A stretch of DNA of 64,000 nt from Alphaproteobacteria bacterium (GTDB lineage: Bacteria; Pseudomonadota; Alphaproteobacteria; SP197). Positions within the stretch are counted from its first letter, which is position 1, and each line of letters starts with the position of its first letter. A model generated the notes under the pieces. The model made no database searches. It saw only the letters and a program-made list of their open reading frames with translations, and had not been told where the DNA came from. Where the stretch lies: the NCBI GenBank assembly GCA_965228895.1, contig OZ245842.1:864001-928000 (forward strand), in the 5' to 3' direction. Below are positions 39,829-49,810 of this stretch, piece by piece. The position numbers and the translations under genes were made by a program.

Positions 39829-42144
39829 ATGAACGCTCAGATTCATAGCCAGATTCAGGCATTCGCAGGCCATCTTGATGAGGTGGCGAATGCCTTCAAC
39901 GCGCAGTCCGATGCGCGTGGCCTTGGCGTTCATCTGGATGTTACCGACCTAAAGGCCTTGACGCTGAGTGGCCGTAACTATCGCAGCATCCTGAGCTTCT
40001 TCGGCTCAGAGCGCCCTGGCGTTATGTACCGTGAACAGATCGTCACCGCGGTTGATGCGATCGTTGAGATCATTGAGTCGCCTTACAACCTTGGCCTGAT
40101 CCTTGGCGCCCTGCAGTCGGGAAAGACGACGACGGCATTGGCGCTGCAGTTCGCCGGGCCGGCGGTGTATCTGGTCACCGGCCAGCGAGTGTTCCCGTTC
40201 TACCTGACCACCAGCCAGAACAGCCATGAGGAACAGCTCCGCAACGAGCTGACTCATTTCATCAAATACTATGGCGGCATCGACGTCGTGTTCCACAACC
40301 GCCGCTGTCGGCTCAGGAACTACATCCGCGGTCGCGGAATCGATCCGGTGTTCCAGATGTCGCCGAACCTCGATACGTACAGGGAGGTGGTGCTTCAGGG
40401 GAACGCCCATTTCCATGACATCTATAAGCCGGCGACGCTGGACGACCTGATCCACAAGCGCGTGCGCGGGCAGGCGATCCGCAACCTGGCCCAGTCCTGC
40501 CAGAAGATTGTCAAGGCCGGTTTCACGCCATTGATGGTCGTCGATGAGCCGCAGTTCGGCGCCAGCGATCGGCTTATTCGCGTGGGCGGCAATACCACTG
40601 TGGTGGATTGTCTGCTGAGCCAGATCGAAAAAGAAATCCGCAAAAAAATCGGCGCTGACGCTGATCGTGTGAAGGCCATCGGCCTGTCGGCGACGCCTTT
40701 TGAGCTACACGCGCTGCAGCGGGTTTGGACTGTGTTCCAGCGGCTCGGACCTAGCTACCGCGGCTTCAACGATTTCGGCGGACAGCCGATCGACCCCTCG
40801 GTGCAGATCCAGCCGCCGGACACGATGTCGATGTCTGACGCCGCGGCGAATTTTGGCATTCCATTTCTGCCGAACGTGAACCCGACGGCTTACTCCCGTC
40901 AGCGCAGCTTTCTCAGCTGGGCGCGCAAGATCGGTTACGCGGGCAGCTGGCAGCAGTACAAACAGGATTGCGTCGATGCGATTCGCGATCTCGTACTCGC
41001 TTTGGCCAAGCACGGCCAGCAACAGGGCCGCGTCGCCGGCATTTGCCTGCGCGCGATGAACGACAACGACCGTACCGAGGATCTGCTCGCGGACCTCCAC
41101 TTGCCGGCGAACCAGATCGAAGTCGTCAAGTTCTTCGGCGCCGGTGGCAAGGGCATGACCGTCAAGCAGGCAATCGCCCAGCGCAAGCGGCCTCATTTGC
41201 CCTATCTCTTCCTTGTGACGTCGAAGGCGCGGATGGGCGATCAGTTCCCGGCAGATGTCCACTACTTCATCGAGTTTGCGCAGCGGGCATCGGACCTGAA
41301 CGCGCTCCTGCAGGGGTTGGTTGGACGCGCTTGCGGCTACGGCAAAGACAGTCTTGTCATTCTGAGCGATAGGAACCAACAGATCCTCGATAACTATGTC
41401 GCCACGCATGGTGACTACGTCGCGACGCCGAGCCGGCATTCGGTGGTCGCGGGCGGCCGTGGTGGTCTCGTGCAGCGCCAGCAGCTGACGATCGACCGCG
41501 ACCCCAGTGACTCGGTTCTTGAGGGTTTTTTCCAGGATCTCGATCATCATGTCGTGCTGCCGACCGTACCTGTCGGCGCTGGTATGAATCCACGACGCGC
41601 TGGTAGAGGTGGTCGCCGCGGACCGGTCTTGACCATCGCAGAGCAGCATCAGCTGTTCGATCACGTGGAAACGCCGGCCTTCCAGCAGATGAGCCTACGG
41701 CATGTGTTCGGGACCCCCGAGATCGTACGCCGCAGCGAGACGATTTCGCTTAAGGACGCCCAGGGAAACTCCATTTCGGGCAGTTATCTAACCGATGCCT
41801 CCGGTGCCTGCCGTTACAACTTCCGTAAAGATGGCTATGCGGGACGAGCCGGACTTAAAGGCCGTGGTCGTGGTCAGCGCGATTCGGCCGATCCATCGCT
41901 CAACAAGGGCATCCTCGAGCCTTCTATCGGGTTGCGTAAGCGGGATCCGAAGACCGGCGATTGGATCGACAACCCAGCTATCCCGGGCGAGTGGGTCGCG
42001 GTCAGCATAACCCTGCCGCTGCGTCAGCCCTGCTTGATTGCTCGGAGCGCGACTATGGGTCGGGTCTCGCTGCCGGGGCGCTTGTGCGTCTACGACAAGC
42101 ACATGACCAAGCGCGAGCGCGCCCAGCGCGACGGTCGGGTCTAG
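39829..42144 (+). CDS. SF2 helicase-like / Z1-type ATPase
   Basis: GALQSGKT, VVDEPQFG, LSATP, ARMGD, QGLVGRACGY. Confidence 0.7.
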   Translation: MNAQIHSQIQAFAGHLDEVANAFNAQSDARGLGVHLDVTDLKALTLSGRNYRSILSFFGSERPGVMYREQIVTAVDAIVEIIESPYNLGLILGALQSGKTTTALALQFAGPAVYLVTGQRVFPFYLTTSQNSHEEQLRNELTHFIKYYGGIDVVFHNRRCRLRNYIRGRGIDPVFQMSPNLDTYREVVLQGNAHFHDIYKPATLDDLIHKRVRGQAIRNLAQSCQKIVKAGFTPLMVVDEPQFGASDRLIRVGGNTTVVDCLLSQIEKEIRKKIGADADRVKAIGLSATPFELHALQRVWTVFQRLGPSYRGFNDFGGQPIDPSVQIQPPDTMSMSDAAANFGIPFLPNVNPTAYSRQRSFLSWARKIGYAGSWQQYKQDCVDAIRDLVLALAKHGQQQGRVAGICLRAMNDNDRTEDLLADLHLPANQIEVVKFFGAGGKGMTVKQAIAQRKRPHLPYLFLVTSKARMGDQFPADVHYFIEFAQRASDLNALLQGLVGRACGYGKDSLVILSDRNQQILDNYVATHGDYVATPSRHSVVAGGRGGLVQRQQLTIDRDPSDSVLEGFFQDLDHHVVLPTVPVGAGMNPRRAGRGGRRGPVLTIAEQHQLFDHVETPAFQQMSLRHVFGTPEIVRRSETISLKDAQGNSISGSYLTDASGACRYNFRKDGYAGRAGLKGRGRGQRDSADPSLNKGILEPSIGLRKRDPKTGDWIDNPAIPGEWVAVSITLPLRQPCLIARSATMGRVSLPGRLCVYDKHMTKRERAQRDGRV

Positions 42145-42317
42145 AAGGCTGAACCCATGCGTGCACGACCGAAACAGATGGCAATACGCCAACGAAACCT
42201 GGTCGCTGCGGCTTTGCGCGCCGGCCGCCATCGCCAGCGACGGGTTGAGATGAAGACCCGCTATCGCCGCACGCTGAAGCACAAAGCGTCGTGGGCGGCT
42301 GAACGCGAGGACACGAT

Positions 42318-43247
42318 ATGAATGAGTTTAGCCCCTTCACAGTTGATGAAGGCGACCTCGTCACGCCACAGGCGAAAGGCGACCGATCTGAGTGGCGTCT
42401 GCTGCGTCGTCTGCACTTGCCGGAAAAATTCAATGCGCCGCGGGCCGACGACATCAAACGCGCGCTTGTCGTCGATGTTGAGACCACCGGCCTGAATCTT
42501 GAGGCCGATGATGTCATGCAGCTTGCGATGCTGCCCTTCGATTACGACATCGAAACCGGGCGCATCCTGACCGTCTACAAGGACCATGCCTTCGAGGGTC
42601 TGCGCGAACCCGCGGCACCGATTTCGGAGGAGGCGTCGCTCATCACCAGCATCACATCCGAAATGGTTGTTGGCAAAACGATCGACGCCGACGCAGTGGC
42701 CGCGATGGTCGACGGCGCCGACTTGGTGATCGCTCACAATGCGAAGTTCGATCGGCCGATGGTCGAAAAGCGATGGGATTGCTTCGCCAACAAACCCTGG
42801 GCCTGCACTCTCGGCGGCGTCGACTGGCTTCGGCAGGGGTATTCCGCCGGCAAGCTCGATTACCTCGGCATGCAGTTCGGTTGGTTCTATGAGGGCCATC
42901 AGGCGCTGGCGGACTGCGAGGCGTGCCTGGCGTTGCTGGCCGAGACGCTGCCGAAAGCCAACGTTCAGGTAATGGCTGCTGTCCGCGAGGCGGCGCTTAA
43001 GAAGGAGTGGCTCGTCCCTGCGTATGGCTCCCCCTTTGACCTTAAGGACAAGCTTAAGCAACGCAATTATCAGTGGCGGCCGGAAGGGGCGCCCAACGGC
43101 AAGGTCTGGTGGACCCTGGTCGACGACCGTGAAGCCGAGATCGCTTGGCTATGTGATGAAGTCTACGGCCGGAAAGTTGACATCAAGACCTATCCAGTCG
43201 ACGCGTATAACCGCTATTCGAAACAGCTTTGGAATTTCAGCGAATGA
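42318..43247 (+). CDS. DnaQ-like 3'-5' exonuclease (DEDDh)
   Basis: VDVETTG, AHNAKFD, HQALAD. Confidence 0.88.
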   Translation: MNEFSPFTVDEGDLVTPQAKGDRSEWRLLRRLHLPEKFNAPRADDIKRALVVDVETTGLNLEADDVMQLAMLPFDYDIETGRILTVYKDHAFEGLREPAAPISEEASLITSITSEMVVGKTIDADAVAAMVDGADLVIAHNAKFDRPMVEKRWDCFANKPWACTLGGVDWLRQGYSAGKLDYLGMQFGWFYEGHQALADCEACLALLAETLPKANVQVMAAVREAALKKEWLVPAYGSPFDLKDKLKQRNYQWRPEGAPNGKVWWTLVDDREAEIAWLCDEVYGRKVDIKTYPVDAYNRYSKQLWNFSE

Positions 43248-44725
43248 AGCGGCCAAACAAAATCACCGCGGCAATGTTGTACGACTTAGTCCAGTGCCCC
43301 CACCGGCCGGCCATGGACCTATTCGGTGATCCCGCCAAGCGCGACGAGGTCAATCCCTTTGTGCAACTGCTGTGGGAGAAGGGCACGGCCTTCGAGCACG
43401 AAGTTATCGATGGCCTCGAAATCCCCATTCTCGATCTTTCGCCCTATGCCGGCGACGAGAAGGAGCGACTGACTATCGAGGCGATGCAACGTGGCGAACC
43501 GCTCATTTACAGCGCCCGAATTTCAGCAGGAGACCTTCTGGGCGATCCGGACCTTCTAAGGCGTGAAGGCGACGGCTACGTGGCCGGCGACATCAAATCG
43601 GGTTCCGGCGAAGAGGGCCAGGACGACAACGCCAAGCTTAAGAAGCACTATGGCGTTCAGCTCGCCCTCTATACGGATATCCTCGAGCGCCGCGGTCTCG
43701 CCGCGTCCAGGCATCCGTTCATCTGGGACGTGCATGGCGAGGAAGTTACCTACGACCTTGAAGAGCCGCAGGGTAAGCGAAACCCCTGGACCATCTGGGA
43801 AATCTATCAGGAGACGCTCAAGCGCGCGCAGGGCATCGTCGCACAGACAGAAAAGACCAATCCTGCTTATAGCGGTGCTTGCAAGCTATGCCATTGGTAT
43901 ACGGCCTGCATGGCTGACCTCGAAAAGGCGGATGATTTGACGCTGTTGCCCGAGCTAGGTCGCGCCAAACGTGACGTCATGCTCGATCAGATCGCGACCG
44001 TGACGGATTTGGCTACAGTCAATATCGACGCCTTCATCTCCGGCAAGAAAAGCGCATTCAAGGGGATTGGCCCTGACACGCTGCAAAAGTTCCATGATCG
44101 AGCCATACTCAGTAAGACCACCGGCGCCGTGCCCTACCTGACGGAGCCGCTCAACCTGCCGACATCCGACACCGAGCTGTTCTTCGATATCGAGGTCGAT
44201 CCGATGCGTGACCTCTGCTACCTCCACGGCTTTGTCGAGCGCCACGGGGGAAATAGTTCGACTGAGCGATACATCGCTTTCTTCGCAGAAGCTGTTAGCA
44301 GCGAGGAGGAAGAGCGGGTTTTTGTTGAGGCTTGGCGCTACATCGCTGATAGCCAACCTTGCGTCGTCTACTACTATTCAAAATACGAACGCACGATCTG
44401 GCGCCAGCTTCACGCGAAGTACCCCTCGGTCTGTTCAGCGGACGATATCGAAGCCTTGTTCGATCCAAGCCAATCGGTCGACCTCTATTTCGATGTTGTA
44501 AAGAAGGCGACAGAGTGGCCGACGCGCGACCACTCGATCAAAACGCTGGCGAAGTTCCTCGGCTTTAACTGGCGCGACACACATCCATCCGGTGCAGCGT
44601 CGATCGAATGGTTCGACCGGTGGATCCGGAGTGGCGACACTACCATCAGGCAGCGAATCCTTGACTATAACGAAGACGATTGTGTTGCGACCCGTGTGGT
44701 GCTCGATGGCATACGGTCTCTGTAG
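43244..44725 (+). CDS. TM0106-family RecB-like nuclease (PD-(D/E)XK + RNase H-like)
   Basis: C-PHR, GDPDLL..GDIK, QLALY, CKLCHW..C, FFDIEVDP, YNEDDC. ATGA overlap. Confidence 0.85.
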   Translation: MKRPNKITAAMLYDLVQCPHRPAMDLFGDPAKRDEVNPFVQLLWEKGTAFEHEVIDGLEIPILDLSPYAGDEKERLTIEAMQRGEPLIYSARISAGDLLGDPDLLRREGDGYVAGDIKSGSGEEGQDDNAKLKKHYGVQLALYTDILERRGLAASRHPFIWDVHGEEVTYDLEEPQGKRNPWTIWEIYQETLKRAQGIVAQTEKTNPAYSGACKLCHWYTACMADLEKADDLTLLPELGRAKRDVMLDQIATVTDLATVNIDAFISGKKSAFKGIGPDTLQKFHDRAILSKTTGAVPYLTEPLNLPTSDTELFFDIEVDPMRDLCYLHGFVERHGGNSSTERYIAFFAEAVSSEEEERVFVEAWRYIADSQPCVVYYYSKYERTIWRQLHAKYPSVCSADDIEALFDPSQSVDLYFDVVKKATEWPTRDHSIKTLAKFLGFNWRDTHPSGAASIEWFDRWIRSGDTTIRQRILDYNEDDCVATRVVLDGIRSL

Positions 44726-44912
44726 ATTTGTCGGTCGCTCAAACCGGATTTGCATGTTCAGCCATACAGGCAAGGAGCGGGAGTCGAGGTCGAAAAATCG
44801 GATCCGAAGGTTAAAGGGCCGCAGTCTGCCAGGCGGTGGCGGTTCATGTGTTGGTGAATGTCGGTACATGTACCGATTGCCGACGAACTGTTTGTCTCTC
44901 GCGATCAGGGGG

Positions 44913-45137
44913 TCATAACGACGAGCGATCGGCTTCCTCAAGCTGATCGATCAGTTCATTGATGACCCCGGCTAACTCCTCCAAATCGTGGGTTGCTGAC
45001 AGAATGCGACGCACGGCCGATCGATAATGGATCGTACTTGCCTCATGGGCCTGGCCACTGCAGGTGGCCTCGTGCGCTGCTTCGGCAAACGACGTTGCCG
45101 TTGCGAACAGCCGTGCGATGATCTCGTGTGGGCTCAT
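44913..45137 (-). CDS. small helical hypothetical protein, copy 2
   Basis: Paralog of 14519-14734. Confidence 0.7.
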   Translation of the reverse strand: MSPHEIIARLFATATSFAEAAHEATCSGQAHEASTIHYRSAVRRILSATHDLEELAGVINELIDQLEEADRSSL

Positions 45138-45166
45138 GTCCAGTGTGCTGCCCCACTGCCGGGGAA

Positions 45167-45199
45167 ACACTGACGCTTCCTGGGCTCGAGAAGTCTAGT
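45167..45199 (-). promoter_or_regulatory. island promoter-like motif, copy 3
   Basis: acactgac-GCT-N14-AGTCTAGT on the + strand. Confidence 0.55.
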
Positions 45200-45287
45200 C
45201 TTTAGTTCGTGTAGCAGGCCGTGTGTTCCCGGGACCAGACCAATGGAGTCGGAGCAAGACGTCGAGGCTTCGCCGATCAAGGAGGTC

Positions 45288-46244
45288 TCAGCCGACTTTC
45301 TGTATTAGCCAATTGAAGAGACCTGCTTCGAGCGCAAGCTCTGACAGTCGCTCGGGGCCAACCAGGGTCACTCTGGGATCGTCGGCCACTAAGGGCAAGG
45401 AGGTCGTATGGTAGGCATAGAACATGCGAGCGTCCGGGATCTCGCCCATGCGTGCGATGTACTCATTGAGCTGGCTCTGATCGGTTGCCGACTTAACCTG
45501 GACGAAGGCATGTTCGCCGGTGCTTGGTAGTTCAAGCTCAATGTCGACGGTGCGCTGCGTACCGCCAGTTTCACCTAACCGACGCCAGCCACTCTGGGCG
45601 AATACTAGCTCAACGAGAAGTTCGAAGTCTTGCCAGGTCAGGTGGTTCATCAATGCCTGGATCGACGCAAGCGTCATGACCTTGGCTTCCTTGGCCTGAC
45701 CGATGACAGGTAGGTCTTCGCCATTGATCTTGGCGAGGAGATAGTCGATGGCATCGACGTCGCAGATTGTTCCGCGGTAGCCGGCGGTGCGGGTCAGCCG
45801 GCCATTCATTTCGCGCTGCCGCAGCGGGTGACCGCCGAGACTCGTGTTATGCCATCCATCCTCGGTTCGGCGCAGACGGCTGCCATTCGGGTGGGCCTGA
45901 CGATCGTGGCCTATGAACTCGACACCGAGCCTCGCATGGCACCACCACAGAAATCCCTTGTGGAAGGTGATCCACAAAGTCTCCGCTGGTGTGTGATAGA
46001 AATCCAGCACTTGGCGCGCGTGTCCAGAGGCTGTTCCCTTCGTTTGGCCGAGCTTGATGTAAATGTCTTGAATGGGCTCACGTTCGCCGGCAAGCGCCAA
46101 TTCGTGCGGCACTTCATAGTAGGCAAGGCGCAAGGTGCCATCCTTGAGGCACAATTCCTCCCATGCACCGGCCTCGCCCAGTTTGATGAACTTGGCTGAT
46201 CTTGCCGCGATGCGCTCTGCGGGTGGTGACGATGTGGTTCCCAT
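45288..46244 (-). CDS. Mrr-like restriction endonuclease family protein, copy 2
   Basis: WQDFELLVELVF..GW..TQRTVDIEL..FVQVKS. Paralog of 14887-15843. Confidence 0.78.
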   Translation of the reverse strand: MGTTSSPPAERIAARSAKFIKLGEAGAWEELCLKDGTLRLAYYEVPHELALAGEREPIQDIYIKLGQTKGTASGHARQVLDFYHTPAETLWITFHKGFLWWCHARLGVEFIGHDRQAHPNGSRLRRTEDGWHNTSLGGHPLRQREMNGRLTRTAGYRGTICDVDAIDYLLAKINGEDLPVIGQAKEAKVMTLASIQALMNHLTWQDFELLVELVFAQSGWRRLGETGGTQRTVDIELELPSTGEHAFVQVKSATDQSQLNEYIARMGEIPDARMFYAYHTTSLPLVADDPRVTLVGPERLSELALEAGLFNWLIQKVG

Positions 46245-46284
46245 AGGGCAAGTCAGGCTTCCTCTGCTGGGGAAGTCAACCAAA

Positions 46285-46319
46285 ATGAGACTTATAGTCT
46301 GTAGAACAAACGTCTACAT
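46285..46319 (+). promoter_or_regulatory. C-box (R-M controller protein double operator)
   Basis: ATGA-GACTTATAGTC-TGTA-GAACAAACGTC-TACAT, 18 nt upstream of the C-like gene. Confidence 0.8.
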
Positions 46320-46337
46320 GTCGGCCTGCTTCCGTTC

Positions 46338-46541
46338 ATGGATATCCGCAGGCAGGTCGGGCTCAACGTCCGGATGTTCCGGGAGGAAAAAGGCTGGTCT
46401 CAGGAGGAGTTAGCCTTCGAGTGCGGCCTGCACCGGACCTATATTAGCGGTATAGAGAGAGGCGTTCGCAATCCAACAGTTACGTCTCTTGAAAAGATTG
46501 CTGCATGCCTAGATGTACAGCCCTCACAGCTGCTCGAGTGA
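46338..46541 (+). CDS. R-M controller (C.)-type XRE protein
   Basis: SQEELAFECGLHRTYISGIERGVRNPT, with an upstream C-box. Confidence 0.85.
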   Translation: MDIRRQVGLNVRMFREEKGWSQEELAFECGLHRTYISGIERGVRNPTVTSLEKIAACLDVQPSQLLE

Positions 46542-46678
46542 TCGTCCCTATCACTATGATGCGTTGCAGAGTGATGATTCGTCCCTGCCACGAGGCCAGG
46601 TGATTTACTCTCTCGTTCGAAGACTGAAGGAGGTACGATTATGAACGGCACAATCTTTGTATCCTTGATGGCTTAACG

Positions 46679-47461
46679 ATGTCGCGATCAAATCTCATCG
46701 ACCTCGCCAATCAGTCTGACGTCAAGCGCATTACTGAGTTCGGAAAGGCGGCACAGGGTCTGCATACGAAAGACATAGCTGACGCATACGACCTCACCAA
46801 GGCAATTGCTCCAAAGCGGCATGCTCGCGGAAAGTCATACATTGGGACTCGGAAAGGCGTGACGAGTTCAGGCTCAACATCGACACGCCGTGAAGAGCAT
46901 CTAGCGGTCGCCATGTTCAATCGGTCTTCCGCGGGGGTACCGTTCGTACTTCCTGACGGACGTACCCTTGAGATTTTGGACTATCAAACTCCACTGAAGG
47001 CAAGGCAGGGTGACAAGAAGATTGGCAAGTTGGATCTACTGGGGATCCTTGACAACGAGTGGAAGTGCGTCATCGAACTGAAGGTCGATGGCGAGAATGG
47101 ATCTCGAGGTGACACGCCGCTAAGAGCCTTGCTTGAGGGCTTGGCTTACTGCGCGATAGTTGATGCTAACAGCGTCGAGTTTAATGCGGAGATCCAAGAA
47201 CGGTTTGGTTATGCGGCTAGTGAGGCGTCGCCAGTCCTGATGGTCATGGCGCCGAGTAGTTACTGGCAAAGCTATGTCTCCAATAGGAGAGCAGGCGATT
47301 GGCGGCAGGTGGTCTCCGATCTCGCTAGTCGTGTCAGAGTCTCAGTTGGTGTTGAGACGGTGTTTGCGTCCCTAGTGGATTCAGGCTTTGAGATGGGCCT
47401 TGCAGGGAAGCCGCCCCGCCTCTTGGGTAGTTGCACTTTGGACTACCCACCGGGACTCTGA
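46679..47461 (+). CDS. putative PD-(D/E)XK nuclease
   Basis: EEHLA...LDYQTPL...KLDLLG...VIELK...EGLAY. Confidence 0.65.
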   Translation: MSRSNLIDLANQSDVKRITEFGKAAQGLHTKDIADAYDLTKAIAPKRHARGKSYIGTRKGVTSSGSTSTRREEHLAVAMFNRSSAGVPFVLPDGRTLEILDYQTPLKARQGDKKIGKLDLLGILDNEWKCVIELKVDGENGSRGDTPLRALLEGLAYCAIVDANSVEFNAEIQERFGYAASEASPVLMVMAPSSYWQSYVSNRRAGDWRQVVSDLASRVRVSVGVETVFASLVDSGFEMGLAGKPPRLLGSCTLDYPPGL

Positions 47462-47476
47462 ACTTACATCGAAGGC

Positions 47477-48481
47477 ATGCCGTTCATGTCAAGCACTGCA
47501 TTAGAGGAGTACGTTGAAAAGGTCACGGAGCGGCTTTGGGACTACGCAGAAGCCAGCTTAGGCCATGATGCGCAACGCAAGCTTGCGGCATCTACTCGCT
47601 CGAACACCAGGTCTCCTGTTTTCAAGAGGGAATACTCAGACGAAAATCTACTTGCATCACCTTCAATCGATCCTGACGCAAGGCGCCGTATTGTTAACGC
47701 CATCACAGCACACCAGCGCCATCGCTACTTTGCAAGCATGCGAAGTTCGCAAGCTCTCGCACAAACAGTGTTTGGCAATCTGTCAGTTCAAGGCAAACAG
47801 CATCTACTAAGAAAACTCGTGTGCGACGATGGTCAAGCAGCCTTCTCAAGCGACGTAGCCACCCGACACATCAAGTTTGAACTTGAACTCAAACATCTTG
47901 GAGAACCGCGACCAACTTCAATTGACGTGTGGATTGATAGACCGAGCCCGATTGCCATCGAGTGTAAGTTCACAGAAGCTGACTTTGGGCGATGTTCTCG
48001 ACCTAGCCTTCGGCCAAACGACGCTTCCTATGAACGTCAGTTCTGCGATGGATCATATGTGCGCCAGCGGGGTCGCGATGAGCGGTGCTCACTGACAGAG
48101 ATTGGTGTGAGGTATTGGCAGCACTTGCCACGAGTCTTTGATTGGGACCCATCGTCGGACCTGCGTCCGTGTCCGCTCAGAGACAGCTATCAACTTGCCA
48201 GAAATGTTCTCGCAGTTACGTCGGGGCGGTATGAAAGCGATCGGGGCCATGTTCTAGTGATCTATGATGCCAACAATCCCTCATTTCATGAGGGAGGCGC
48301 AGCAGAGTTTCAGTGGCAAGCGACAAGGCGTGCTCTTCTCGACTCAACGCTCCTTCGTCGATGTACATGGCAAGCTCTTTGCGCGTGCTTGTTGTCCGAC
48401 TCTGATCTCTCCTGGTTGGTTAGCGCCATTGACAAAAAGTACGGTTTTATCACTAACCGAAACTTCACTAGGGCTGACTAA
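47477..48481 (+). CDS. PGN_0703-like putative restriction endonuclease
   Basis: SSQAL, PTSIDV, IECKFTE, YQLARN. Confidence 0.7.
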   Translation: MPFMSSTALEEYVEKVTERLWDYAEASLGHDAQRKLAASTRSNTRSPVFKREYSDENLLASPSIDPDARRRIVNAITAHQRHRYFASMRSSQALAQTVFGNLSVQGKQHLLRKLVCDDGQAAFSSDVATRHIKFELELKHLGEPRPTSIDVWIDRPSPIAIECKFTEADFGRCSRPSLRPNDASYERQFCDGSYVRQRGRDERCSLTEIGVRYWQHLPRVFDWDPSSDLRPCPLRDSYQLARNVLAVTSGRYESDRGHVLVIYDANNPSFHEGGAAEFQWQATRRALLDSTLLRRCTWQALCACLLSDSDLSWLVSAIDKKYGFITNRNFTRAD

Positions 48482-49058
48482 CGACAGCAACCTATGCAAA
48501 CGTGCCCGCGCCTGGTTCGTAGCGGCTTCGATACAAGCAACGAGAACTCGTCCTTCTCCATTGAGCGCGCCTGCTTCCTGTTGTTGGGTGAGCAGGAGCG
48601 ATCGGAAGAGCAAAACCCAAGCTAGAAGCTGTGAAGTTAGTCTATGGCTGTCATTCGATCTCATATGCGTCGTCAGAGCAGATCACCAAGTCGTTCTTTG
48701 TCTCGAGTTAGCTTTTCGGCATAGGTATGCAAGACTTCAGTACTGTCGGTTTCCACGCCGACCTCCACCGTCCGACGCGGTCTCGTTTATGAACGAGAGT
48801 ACATTGGCGCGTTTACTAAGCAATGCACGTTGCACCAGGGTCCCGTTAGAGCAAAGTCGGATGGCTGCCCTATGTTGTGGCAATGGATTGGTGCAGGAGA
48901 ACGTTTAGGCTGTGCTTTGCAATGCTATCGTTTCACAATGTTTCCAAGCCGCGCAAGTCGCAGAGTAGTGTTGAGAATGATGGACAGTGTCGTCGCCACT
49001 AGACTGAGTGACAGTTTGTTGTGCGTTTCTAGAATTCGCTGCTGATGTGAATGACGGT

Positions 49059-49784
49059 ATGTCAAGCGACGCTCAAAACGGCTATCTTCTGGCGTACGCC
49101 CAAGTGGATGATGATTGCAGAACGTTTCTGCAGTCGACTGAAACCACACCCCGTGACTACCTTGTGCGGCTGGAAACAATGCTTGCGGCTACCGACGAGT
49201 ATCATCTCATTCATATGGAGGCCGTGACGAATCTCGATCGTGCTTGGCAAAGGTTGGCAGAGCTTGTTTCCGCGGAAGCTCAGAGGACATCAACACCAGT
49301 TGATTCACTTTCTAGAGCGTGGTTGGTAGGTATTGTTCGAAAGGTTGCCCGGGAATTCCCAGCAGCTGAGCCACAATCATCGTGGCCGCAAACAGGCGAA
49401 GCCGGTAGTGCAGCTACATCTACCGATCGTGGGCTCGAAGAGTTTCTCCGAGGCATCGAAGACCAGTACCGCGACCTTTTTCTCGCACTGCGAGAACGCA
49501 CTCTATCTCTTGGCGAAGATATTACGGAGCGTGTTCGAACACGAACGATTGCCTACGCTACAGAACGCGTGTTTCTTGAAATCAGATTTCAAAGAAACGG
49601 TCTGCGTCTGCTTATGTTGGACATTAGACCGTTTGAAAGCTCTCTTGCAGTTGAGACCGTTCCAGAATCACATGGTTGGGGACTACTGAATCAAAAGGTC
49701 ATTCTGGCGGAGAATGCAGATCTTCAGGAGTCCGTGGAGTTGGTACGATCTTCGTACGTCCTGTCAAAAGGAGTTTCAAGGTAG
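49059..49784 (+). CDS. hypothetical protein with DUF5655-like C-terminal domain
   Basis: LFLALRERTLSLGEDITER...IAY...FLEIRFQ...HGWG. Start uncertain. Confidence 0.6.
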   Translation: MSSDAQNGYLLAYAQVDDDCRTFLQSTETTPRDYLVRLETMLAATDEYHLIHMEAVTNLDRAWQRLAELVSAEAQRTSTPVDSLSRAWLVGIVRKVAREFPAAEPQSSWPQTGEAGSAATSTDRGLEEFLRGIEDQYRDLFLALRERTLSLGEDITERVRTRTIAYATERVFLEIRFQRNGLRLLMLDIRPFESSLAVETVPESHGWGLLNQKVILAENADLQESVELVRSSYVLSKGVSR

Positions 49785-49810
49785 ACTAGTTGGAAGAATA
49801 GCTACGGCTG

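Noticed and set aside
48482-49058. Short ORFs between the nuclease pair and the DUF5655-like gene
   Set aside because: No motifs or clear RBS; likely intergenic or decayed sequence.
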